Part shown: in pieces, positions 17,282 to 26,228 of the stretch
Layout: the number at the start of each line of letters is the position of its first letter
How positions within the stretch are numbered: position 1 is the first letter of the stretch
DNA from: Desulfotalea psychrophila LSv54
GTDB lineage: Bacteria; Desulfobacterota; Desulfobulbia; Desulfobulbales; Desulfocapsaceae
Assembly: GCF_000025945.1 (NCBI RefSeq)
Contig: NC_006138.1
Span: 2,700,001-2,732,000, forward strand
Direction of reading: 5' to 3'
Length of the DNA stretch: 32,000 nucleotides
The notes under the pieces: model-generated
Told to the model about the DNA's origin: nothing
Database searches by the model: none
The model's input: only the letters and a program-made list of their open reading frames with translations
Program-made: the position numbers and the translations under genes

Positions 17282-18733
17282 TTACTTGTCGAGAATGCTG
17301 GGGCTATTTTTGGCAAAATCCTGGCACTTTTTGGTCGCCTTCTTCAAGGAGATCAGATTAGCAGGTCCGGCAACACAGCCACCTTCACAGCCCATGACTT
17401 CGATAAAGTTGCCGGGAGCCTCTCTCTTTTGGCTATAGCGCTTGAGTTCGCGCATGCTCATCTTGTCAAGACCATTGATACTTATCGGCTTTACCTCAGT
17501 TCGATCACCAATCATTGCGGTGATGCCAGCGGTAACACCACCAGTCACCGGAAAGCTACGACCCTCCCGCATAGCAGGAAACATATATTCGCCATCTTCG
17601 CACTGCTCAAAGTCAATTTCAAGGGCGGCAAAAAGGCTACCAAGCTCCTGGAAGGTCAGCACATAATCAACGCCCTCATCCCGAGCACCCTCTTTACGCT
17701 TGGCCACACAGGGACCAATAAAAACAGTCTTATAGTTTGAATCTACGGCCTTGACCTTGGCTGCGGTGTAGTGCATTGGCGTTCTGGTATCCGAAACAAA
17801 TTCGCCAAGATCAGTGAGGTGCTTCCTCACCAGCATGGTATAAGCAGGACAGCAGGATGTGGTCATAAATGGTGCACCTTCCTCCATCCGCTCCACAAAC
17901 TCCTCCGCCTCTTTATGAGCGGTGATATCAGCCCCACTTGAGACTTCCGCCGCCTGAGCAAAGCCTATTTTTTTTAGGGCCGTCACAAGCTTTGCCATGC
18001 TGGCATCAAACTCTCCGGCAATGGCAGGAGCAACCATTGCAACCAACTTCTCCCCTGACCTCATCGCCTTGAGCACATCAAGCATTTGTGACTTTTCAAG
18101 TACAGCCGCAAAGGGACATTGGGCCATACACTTTCCACAAAAGATACAGAGATCATAATCAATAACCTGACGGCCCGAAACATCCTTTGAAATTGCACCG
18201 ATGGGGCAAGCTACTTCACAGGGAATGGGAATTTGAACAATTGCGTGGTAGGGACAGACCTTCAGACATTTTCCACAATTGATGCAGAGATTCGAATCAA
18301 TATGCGATTTTCCCTGAACCATGGTGATAGCATCTTTAGGGCAGCTCTGAATACAGGCTTGGGCAAGACATCCCTGACAGGCATTGGTAACCTCATAATG
18401 GGTACGAACACAGGCATTACACGCCTCATCAATAAAGGTGAGGGTGGTGGAAGTTACTGAATCACGCTTAAGCGCCATCTCTGCATATTCAGCCAGAGAC
18501 TTCAGCTCGTCATCATCTTGTTCAATAGCAAATCCCAAAAAAGCCATACAGCGATAGCGAATAATTGCCCGCTCGCGCCAGATACAGCAACGGGAGCTTG
18601 CCTTTTGGTCTCTAGGCCGCATCTGAATGGGGATGGCATTAACATTTCCAGCAAAATCATCGCTAAAAAAAGCCTTGGTGATAAGATTAAGAACTTCATG
18701 ATTGATAGTGCTGTGATAACTTTTGAAATACAT
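17282..18733 (-). CDS. hydA: [FeFe]-hydrogenase catalytic subunit (monomeric, ferredoxin-domain-containing; possibly group B)
   Basis: 483 aa. H-cluster motifs: TTSCCPAY (L1), GPCVAKRKE (L2), EVMGCEGGCVAGP (L3). It has two CxxCxxCxxxCP ferredoxin motifs (CINCGKCLKVCP, CIFCGKCMAQCP) and extra N-terminal Cys clusters. A GGTGAG RBS lies 8 nt before the ATG. Confidence 0.85.
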   Translation of the reverse strand: MYFKSYHSTINHEVLNLITKAFFSDDFAGNVNAIPIQMRPRDQKASSRCCIWRERAIIRYRCMAFLGFAIEQDDDELKSLAEYAEMALKRDSVTSTTLTFIDEACNACVRTHYEVTNACQGCLAQACIQSCPKDAITMVQGKSHIDSNLCINCGKCLKVCPYHAIVQIPIPCEVACPIGAISKDVSGRQVIDYDLCIFCGKCMAQCPFAAVLEKSQMLDVLKAMRSGEKLVAMVAPAIAGEFDASMAKLVTALKKIGFAQAAEVSSGADITAHKEAEEFVERMEEGAPFMTTSCCPAYTMLVRKHLTDLGEFVSDTRTPMHYTAAKVKAVDSNYKTVFIGPCVAKRKEGARDEGVDYVLTFQELGSLFAALEIDFEQCEDGEYMFPAMREGRSFPVTGGVTAGITAMIGDRTEVKPISINGLDKMSMRELKRYSQKREAPGNFIEVMGCEGGCVAGPANLISLKKATKKCQDFAKNSPSILDK

Positions 18734-20039
18734 AGATGTAACTCACCAAAGAGAAAATTAACAGGGAAGAGAAGTGCAAGCCCCCCACAAATGACACAGA
18801 AACAACATTCCTCCCAGCCTCTTCTGCACCGCTGACAAGAGCTTAGAGCCTATCAGAAAATAACATGCACATCTTGCATCTCAGCTTCGGGCCATCTTCG
18901 ACCGCTTCTCAATCGCAAAATCCTCGATGTAGCCCTGCTACGTCTGCAGTTTTGCTCAATCGGCGCGGCCAAATCTAACCCAAGCCTGAGCGAAATTTTG
19001 GCCATCTTATTTTGTAACAGACCCTTAGCCCACGAAACATTCCGCGAAATTTTTAGATAGAGGAAAGTTTACTTGTAAAATATTCAGCAAACGAAAACAA
19101 TGTTTATTTACCACCCCAAAACCCTTATTTATGCTAGGTATGCGCAATTTCTTTATTATCAAAAACTTAATTTGTTCCAGTAAAAAACAGTTTGTTGCAA
19201 AACGAGACAACAGCACACCTTTCCTTCGATCACACTTCACCTATTTACCAACACCAAATTCTCATTAACTCCCATATCTCCATTCTCTTTTTCAGCAGAA
19301 AATGATAGTTACCCGTCTCCTTATCAACTCAATCAAAAGGAAAATAATTTTAAAATATTATGCATTTATTGGCGGATTACTTCTTGCTGGAGCAAGCAGC
19401 GCCCTCGCAGCCCCCATTTGCCAAAATAGAAAAACAGCTTGAAACAGATCACCCAAGCGTTGAACTCACCCGTCTTATCTCCGACAAAGGCGAGAAAAAC
19501 GAGATCATGGCCTCTACCAAGAGCTTCTGGACCAGCTTCCAACCGAAGATGTTAAGATGAAAGCAACCCAACTCATCAAACTTCTCCGGGGGAAGGCGGA
19601 ATAAAGGCCAGACCAGGGGGAAGCATCTCAGCCGACAGGTAGCCCCCACGGGCAGATATTTGTGAATCTCATTAATCATTTCTGACCTGGGCTAGAGCAT
19701 AAAAGCCAATGCCTTGATCGTTAGCATATCTCTGGCAAGTTGCACGCTATCAGAAACGGCAACGGCAAGAGCAAGGACGGTTAACCACGGCTTAGAGGTC
19801 ACAGAGATTTTTTAGTTCTCTACAGGAAAGATATAGTGCAGCTCCCCCTCTGAGAAGTGGAGGTGACTTGAGGGCAACTTCATCCCCCTAAACTTCTGTT
19901 TAAGTAGACCTCTATGGTGTTGGGTCCCTGCACAGCTTCAAGCAGATAAGTTCTGCACTGCGCTACTCGCCTCTACACAGAAGGCACGGGTTTTCTGCGC
20001 AGAAGGCTGTGATCATGGGTAGCTAACGATGCTTAATCA

Positions 20040-20068
20040 TTGACCATAACAATAAAATTGTGTATTTA
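20040..20068 (+). promoter_or_regulatory. Candidate sigma70-type promoter (TTGACC-17 nt-TATTTA with a TG-extended -10)
   Basis: Read from the sequence about 130 nt upstream of the 20198 ATG, at the very left edge of the AT-rich cassette. This is a prediction only. Confidence 0.3.
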
Positions 20069-20197
20069 AGAAAACTGACGTTTAAATTGTAAAATACAAT
20101 ATATATTGGGCCTAGCCTTGAACTCTTACCAAACAAAACGTAAACAATTTCAATCTATTAGCAGACAGTTACTTATCTTTTATGTGGAGTTGCAAAC

Positions 20198-22804
20198 ATG
20201 ACAAAAGAACTACTTAAGATAGATCTCGATGATATAAAAAATAGATATGTAAACGATGGAGACTTAATTTGCTGTAGCGTCGATACCGCAAATTACCCTC
20301 ACATTCAACCTATAGTTTTCTTAAAAGACGATGTTTTCTACAATATATCTAATGAAGACTCACGAACAATATACAACTCTAGGTTTAAAGAACATATCAG
20401 TGACACTGAAGAAATATTCAGTCCACTCTATGAAAGATTTTTACCAAATGAATTATTTTTATTAAATAGATTCGCTGACAATAAAAGTAAATGGTCTGCG
20501 GCAGATCCTTACTTTTTTGCTTTTGGAAACGACACATTACCAATCACAAACCATCAAGCCTTAGAAGTTTTTGATGGATTTTTTTCCTTAGAAAATGATT
20601 TCTTCGTCCCCAAGCATAATGAATTACTTGAATTACTCAAAAATAAAATTGACAAGGGCATAACAAACCGTTTCTATGTCAAAACACAAGACACTGTTTT
20701 TGGCCCCTTTGAAGCAAAAAAGATAGAAACGAATAGTGTTAAATTGGCAGCAGTTACCATAAATAATGACACCATATATGAATGGAACTACTCTACAATA
20801 AAAAATGATTCTATTTTCGAATTTTCTGAACCTGAAAGAAACAATAAAATTATTCGCTCGATAACCTCAGGATGGCTTAAAAAAGAAGACAGCAAAAAAA
20901 GTATTATTTTCAAACCTGACAGTGAAATTTTAAAATGGGTAAGTCAACGCACTAAAAAATCTTGTAGCCTCACAAAATCTGATTATAAAAAATTTGAAGA
21001 AATCACAAAAGCATTTCTATCATACGAAGTTAATTCAGATGAAAAATTCATCTACAAGAGAGCAATAAAGCTTATCGAAAAAAGCAAGGAAAACAAGAAA
21101 ATTGTTGATGGTTTCATAGATTTTTTACCAGGATCTTCCATAATTACGGAAAAGCTAGAAGCACTTGAAAAAGAAGCAGAGGAAACACTCTATAAAAACA
21201 AAATAATAAAAAAAGAAAACAAGGAAATTGACGAAGAAATCAAAAACAATACACAAATAAAGAACGATTTACTTAACAAAATAGAAGAACTCAAGAAAAA
21301 AACGGAATTTGAACAAATAGAAGTTACCAAGAGAGAAAATGAGGAGCTCACATTACAAATCAAAAAAGATGAAACGCTAAGAAAAGAATCTGAAAAAAGA
21401 GAAAAATACTCGGAACTCTATAAAATAAATGCAGAAATCAGAAAAAAAGAAAACGCGATTGAAGATCTCAAGGAAAAAGAGAGGGAGTTGAGTGCGGTTA
21501 TAACAGACTTATCTGACCAATTTATCAATAAACAAAAAGAAGCTCACAGTAGTCTACGGGAATTAATAAAATCGAAAACTCATTTTGATTTTATCAGTGG
21601 GAGGAATTTTGAAGATGAAAATAAAACTGTGGAAGATTTTAGTCCGATTATTATAGATTCTTTTTATAAAAATGTTTTAGAAGACACAGGTTTTGTTTCG
21701 CATGAAAAATTTTTACTAGATAAAATTGCCACCTCCTTAAAATATTATGGCAGGAATTATGACAACAACTTTATTGCTAATGTGTTGATATCTCTATATC
21801 AAAACATGGGCACTATCTTTGCTGGACTACCAGGAACTGGAAAAACTTCTTTAGCCAGAATTATTTCAAAAATTTTAACAAAAGATAACAGGAAAGTTGT
21901 TGAAATACCAGTTGCACGTGGTTGGAGTTCTCAAAAAGACTTTATAGGGTTTTACAATCCTCTTTCCAAAAAATTCATTCCGACAAATGAAAAAATGTAC
22001 TCTTTATTAAGGTTAAGCGATGAAGAGGTCTCCTTAAAGACATATAAAGAAAATAATATAGGAATTGTCATCCTTGACGAAGCCAATCTGAGCCCAATGG
22101 AACATTATTGGTCTAGTTTTTATAACTTAACAGATAGTAGAGTCGATGATGAAAACATGCTAGAAATAAACATTGGCACTGAAGCAGAATTAAAATTTGC
22201 GAACAACATCAGATTTATCAGCACAATTAACATCGACCAAACAACAGAAGAACTTTCTCCCAGAATTTTAGACAGATGCAACGTAATAAGAATTCCAACA
22301 GACAATATTTCCTACACACATTCTGCCAATAAGTATAACAGCCAAACTGACATAGAGATTAACTTTTCAGATATAATAAAGTTGTTTAACTTAAAAGACT
22401 TTAACAATGGATTAACACCTGAAGATCTAGAAAACGAATCTTACAAAAAAATATACCTAGAATACTGTAAAACAAAAGATGCTCTGAAAAAATTAAAAAT
22501 AACAGTTAGCCCCAGAATTGACAATGCATTCACGGATTACTTCCTGACAGCACTTAGATTTATGCCTGAATACAAAGCGCTAGATTATTTCATTGCCCAA
22601 CGATTACTAACAAAAATAGATGGGCAGGGAGAAGCATACAAAAAAAACCTAGCAATACTCCTTGAGAAGTTGAAAGAAATATTCATAAACGACCATTCCA
22701 CTAAATCATTCAAAAATGATTCCATAGAAATACTAGAAGAAATTATCGAGACTGGCTCAGAAAGCGAGTTTTACAACAACTACAATTACTTTTTGATAAG
22801 CTAA
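20198..22804 (+). CDS. McrB-type AAA+ NTPase fused to a long coiled coil and an unassigned N-terminal domain
   Basis: 868 aa. Walker A is GLPGTGKTS (nt 21824-21850, K549). Walker B is IVILDEANLSP (D627/E628). QKDFIGFYNP resembles the McrB YEDFIxGYxP segment. STINIDQT has N678-I-D680 where McrB has MNTADRS. ILDRCNVIRI resembles the DxALxRRF segment. Residues from about 318 to 470 are heptad-like and Glu/Lys/Ile-rich (EKLEALEKEAEE...KEKERELSAV). Residues 1-310 carry no motif I recognise. Confidence 0.8.
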   Translation: MTKELLKIDLDDIKNRYVNDGDLICCSVDTANYPHIQPIVFLKDDVFYNISNEDSRTIYNSRFKEHISDTEEIFSPLYERFLPNELFLLNRFADNKSKWSAADPYFFAFGNDTLPITNHQALEVFDGFFSLENDFFVPKHNELLELLKNKIDKGITNRFYVKTQDTVFGPFEAKKIETNSVKLAAVTINNDTIYEWNYSTIKNDSIFEFSEPERNNKIIRSITSGWLKKEDSKKSIIFKPDSEILKWVSQRTKKSCSLTKSDYKKFEEITKAFLSYEVNSDEKFIYKRAIKLIEKSKENKKIVDGFIDFLPGSSIITEKLEALEKEAEETLYKNKIIKKENKEIDEEIKNNTQIKNDLLNKIEELKKKTEFEQIEVTKRENEELTLQIKKDETLRKESEKREKYSELYKINAEIRKKENAIEDLKEKERELSAVITDLSDQFINKQKEAHSSLRELIKSKTHFDFISGRNFEDENKTVEDFSPIIIDSFYKNVLEDTGFVSHEKFLLDKIATSLKYYGRNYDNNFIANVLISLYQNMGTIFAGLPGTGKTSLARIISKILTKDNRKVVEIPVARGWSSQKDFIGFYNPLSKKFIPTNEKMYSLLRLSDEEVSLKTYKENNIGIVILDEANLSPMEHYWSSFYNLTDSRVDDENMLEINIGTEAELKFANNIRFISTINIDQTTEELSPRILDRCNVIRIPTDNISYTHSANKYNSQTDIEINFSDIIKLFNLKDFNNGLTPEDLENESYKKIYLEYCKTKDALKKLKITVSPRIDNAFTDYFLTALRFMPEYKALDYFIAQRLLTKIDGQGEAYKKNLAILLEKLKEIFINDHSTKSFKNDSIEILEEIIETGSESEFYNNYNYFLIS

Positions 22805-22805
22805 A

Positions 22806-24491
22806 ATGTATTCCATTGAAATAACGTCTTTCAACAACAACAACGTTGTTCAAAAAGCGAACAACACTTTCGATATCAAGGAAACATTTAACTACAATAT
22901 TATTCTGCGAAGAGAGGGGATAGTACAAAATGGTTTTCTTCTTATTGATGGAGTTTTCAATCAATTTGGAGAACAAAGAACTATTGCGCTCGGAAAAGAA
23001 GAAAAGACACCTTTCATTAACTGCTTTGGTCTCTTTACTTGCTCATACGATGGACAATTTATTGCAACTTTCGACGTTTCAACTACAAAACTTAGTGGTG
23101 TAGAAGCTAAAAATATTCTAGAATACGTCTACCATAACTCCCAAGAGTTATTCACCAGCAACCTGAACAAAACAAGAAATTTCACCTCTGGTGGTAGTAC
23201 AAAAAACAACCTATCTCTTTTTAATTATATTGGTGTAATTAAAGAGTTGCTTGCATGCTTAAAATCTTTTTTGCCAATTTTGAAAAACAAAGCGCTTTAC
23301 AAAATACGGAAAGAAATAACAATAGAAAGATATGAAGAAAATTGTGCAACTAGCAAGAGCTTAGAGTGGATACTTGCAAACCTTGATAAGCATATTTACG
23401 GCAACAGTTTAAAAGGTTTACCAGGAGCTTTTGAAATAGATGGTACATTTGCCTTACCTAACCAAATAGAAATAGAAAAAAACATAAAAGATTTTTCCAT
23501 ATATGAAAATAAGATAATTATTGGAGCAATAAAAACATTAGAGTTACGTATTCGCGATACAATCTACCTAGTAAAATCTAATATAGAAGACAACGATATA
23601 ATCGATGAAAAATTTGCTAGTTTTAATACGATAAAGAAAATATTGCTATCGAGCGAGCTCAACAATTTAGCAGAAGCGAAGCACACTCTATATGAATTAA
23701 AAAACAACTATTTTTCGTTTTTTAATACTGTACCATCCATACAAGAAAAACCAAAATTAACACATAACTTCAGAAGAAAAAAACATTATAGAAATATTTA
23801 TGAAAAAGTAAGATTATTATATGATTCATCTTTGCTCCCGACAGGAATACATCTTGTTCTAGGGATTAAAAACATTGATATATTATATGAATATTACGTT
23901 TTTTATAAAATAATAGATTTATTCAAACAACTCTATGGAGAACCGACAAAAGTCGAAACAGAAGAGAAAGAACAAATAATAAAATATGTAGAATTCATAA
24001 ATGAACAAGGAATGACCTTCAGAGTTCACTATCAATTAAGAATAAACAAAGAAAAAATAACGCCATCATACCCTTGGCTCAAGCTATTTGTAAACTCAAA
24101 CACCGCCAGCCATTATACCCCAGATATTGTCGTAGAATTCGAGTTTAACTCTGTCTTTAATTACGCAATTTTTGATGCAAAATATAGTACAAAGAAATGG
24201 ATAGAGGGTACTTCCGTAAATATAGGAAACACAACTCAAACCGTAATAAACAAATATTATTTATCTGTTTCCCATAGAGGCGAGCCATACAAAAAAATAG
24301 ATTACTTATTTCTTGTTTACCCTAGTAGAATATCAGCAAAATTTTTCACAAAAGAGACAGATTATTATCCAATAATTGCAGCAATACCCTCTGTTCCAAA
24401 CAACAACAGTCATCTACAAGATATTATTGAAACAATCGCTAGAAACTGGGCGAATAACACTCAAGCGCATCACCCTAAGCCAAGCATTTAA
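22806..24491 (+). CDS. McrC-like protein (DUF2357-type N-terminal region plus C-terminal PD-(D/E)xK nuclease)
   Basis: 561 aa. The ATG lies 1 nt after the stop of the upstream gene (TAA-A-ATG). The nuclease motif is YTPDIVVEFEF-x11-IFDAKYS (D440, E445, D457-A-K459), the PD...DAK arrangement typical of McrC. Confidence 0.7.
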   Translation: MYSIEITSFNNNNVVQKANNTFDIKETFNYNIILRREGIVQNGFLLIDGVFNQFGEQRTIALGKEEKTPFINCFGLFTCSYDGQFIATFDVSTTKLSGVEAKNILEYVYHNSQELFTSNLNKTRNFTSGGSTKNNLSLFNYIGVIKELLACLKSFLPILKNKALYKIRKEITIERYEENCATSKSLEWILANLDKHIYGNSLKGLPGAFEIDGTFALPNQIEIEKNIKDFSIYENKIIIGAIKTLELRIRDTIYLVKSNIEDNDIIDEKFASFNTIKKILLSSELNNLAEAKHTLYELKNNYFSFFNTVPSIQEKPKLTHNFRRKKHYRNIYEKVRLLYDSSLLPTGIHLVLGIKNIDILYEYYVFYKIIDLFKQLYGEPTKVETEEKEQIIKYVEFINEQGMTFRVHYQLRINKEKITPSYPWLKLFVNSNTASHYTPDIVVEFEFNSVFNYAIFDAKYSTKKWIEGTSVNIGNTTQTVINKYYLSVSHRGEPYKKIDYLFLVYPSRISAKFFTKETDYYPIIAAIPSVPNNNSHLQDIIETIARNWANNTQAHHPKPSI

Positions 24492-24651
24492 TATAAAAAC
24501 AAGGATACTCCATTCTCTTATCCTCAGAAGCTATCAATCCCCTTTCGGCCCCCACAAACCAAGGCAAGGCCCGCTGACAAAGTTCGTTTCTTTTCAACCC
24601 TACCCATGTTACCATCCGGCAAAAGTAGGTAAACCATCCACAGGGAGAACG

Positions 24652-25215
24652 ATGCGAGATTTCACAGCAGATCTAAAAATAGGGAAGAGAAATATGGCCC
24701 AAGTGGCCTCTCTCATTACGCCAGAGCTCCGGCTCAAAGAGGCATCCATAGCCGAAAGACAGAGCAAAAGCTCTGAGAGTCAACGAGACAAGCTTATGGA
24801 GATCTATGCCCTGGCAGGTGAACTTACGGCAGAGATCTCCCCTCTCACCCCCTGCAGAGCCGGATGCAGCAACTGCTGTCATATCAATATTTCAATCTCA
24901 CCACTTGAAGCAGGAATTATCGCCGATGAAATCGGTATAGACCCAGGCACAGGGGACATTACCCTGACAGACGATTTTTACGGTTCCAAATGTCCCCTCC
25001 TCGTCAATGAGAAATGCTCTGTCTACCACGTACGTCCCTACTTCTGTCGCCGCTTCATCTCTCTTATGCCCAGTGAGTACTGGTGTGATCACCGAAGAAT
25101 ATTAAACCATGACTTCCCCCTTCTGCAATTTTCCGAAATAAACAGGGCATACTACCAGCTGATTAATGGTGGTGGGCTGAGGGATATCAGGCGGTGGTTT
25201 CAGCCCCGGGACTAG
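24652..25215 (+). CDS. YkgJ/UPF0153-family Cys-cluster (putative Zn/Fe-S binding) protein
   Basis: CRAGCSNCC (CxxCxxCC) plus a downstream KCPLL...KCSVYHVRPYFCRRF. The long track ORF begins at 24376 inside the AT-rich McrC-like gene. I chose ATG 24652 (GGGAGA RBS), where GC content rises; ATG 24694 is an alternative. Confidence 0.6.
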   Translation: MRDFTADLKIGKRNMAQVASLITPELRLKEASIAERQSKSSESQRDKLMEIYALAGELTAEISPLTPCRAGCSNCCHINISISPLEAGIIADEIGIDPGTGDITLTDDFYGSKCPLLVNEKCSVYHVRPYFCRRFISLMPSEYWCDHRRILNHDFPLLQFSEINRAYYQLINGGGLRDIRRWFQPRD

Positions 25216-25391
25216 ATCCGTCAGCACTATATAGTGCCTTCCCTGATTCCATCACCTGCCACAACCAACTCTGCTTAACTATTGCCCATAACAGGTAAAT
25301 AGTGTAGGAGAGGGAAAGAAGATTTAACGGGACGGCTAGGGCGAATACTTCCCCTAGGCAGGTGATAATAAAAAACAAGATGGTGAGATCT

Positions 25392-26156
25392 ATGGATGTT
25401 TTTCAGACGATTATTTTAGGCATTATTGAGGGTATTACAGAGTTCTTACCCATCTCTTCAACGGGACATCTGATCGTTGCAAGTAACTGGCTCTCCATCG
25501 AGCAGAACGAAACCAACAAGGCCATCGAGGTAATAATTCAACTGGCGGCAATACTTGCCGTTATTGCCAATTACAGAGATAAGTTCACCCTGAAGCACAA
25601 GGTTTTGTGGAGCAAAGTAGTCCTGGCCTTTATTCCCATCGGGGCCATTGGTCTTCTCTTCCATAAGGAGATCAAAACGCTCTTTACCGTACCCATGGTG
25701 GGAACCATGTTTATTGTCGGCGGTATCGTCTTTTTAGTGCTGGAACACTTTTACCAAGAGCGTTCCAGTCATGTCCAAGAGGTGGAAGCCATAAGTTACA
25801 GACAGGCCCTGTGGATAGGTATTGCCCAGGTCTTTGCCCTTATTCCGGGTACCAGCAGGGCGGGTGCCTCCATTGTTGGCGCCCTTCTTATGGGTCTGAG
25901 CAGAAAGGCCAGCGCAGAGTTCTCCTTCCTCCTAGCCCTGCCGGTACTGGCAGCAGCAGCAGGCTTTGATCTACTGACCCACTACAGTGACTTTAGTAGG
26001 GGGGATATGCTCACCCTCTCTGTTGGCTTTATTACCTCCTTCCTCATAGCCTATCTGACCATCAGGGTCTTTATAGGATTTCTGCAGCGATTCACCTTTG
26101 TAAGCTTTGGCATATACAGAATTGCATTTGGCGCCCTCCTCCTCTGGCTAGGGTAG
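25392..26156 (+). CDS. uppP: Undecaprenyl-diphosphate phosphatase
   Basis: Signatures [11 protein letters not shown] and PGTSRAGAS, with a multi-TM profile. The family normally starts near [14 protein letters not shown], so I prefer ATG 25392 over the GTG at 25362. Confidence 0.85.
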
Positions 26157-26188
26157 ATTTTCCATGTTTACCATTCAATAAACACATA

Positions 26189-26228
26189 GGTGGACGACGA
26201 AACGTCCACCCCTTTCAGAAGAAAGGGG
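26189..26228 (+). terminator. Two abutting hairpins (GGTGGACG-6 nt-CGTCCACC and CCCCTTTC-agaa-GAAAGGGG) 33 nt after the uppP stop
   Basis: Read from the sequence. There is no U-tract, so terminator function is tentative. Confidence 0.3.

Noticed and set aside
19981-20000. GGCACG-n-TGC resembling a sigma54 -24/-12 promoter
   Set aside because: The GG-to-GC spacing is 14 rather than the required 12, and the TTGC element is not present.
24376-24651. N-terminal extension of the 279-aa track ORF, overlapping the end of the McrC-like gene
   Set aside because: The extension runs through AT-rich DNA in an alternative frame of the upstream gene and through the junction. The family-like sequence (CxxCxxCC protein) and an RBS begin at 24652.
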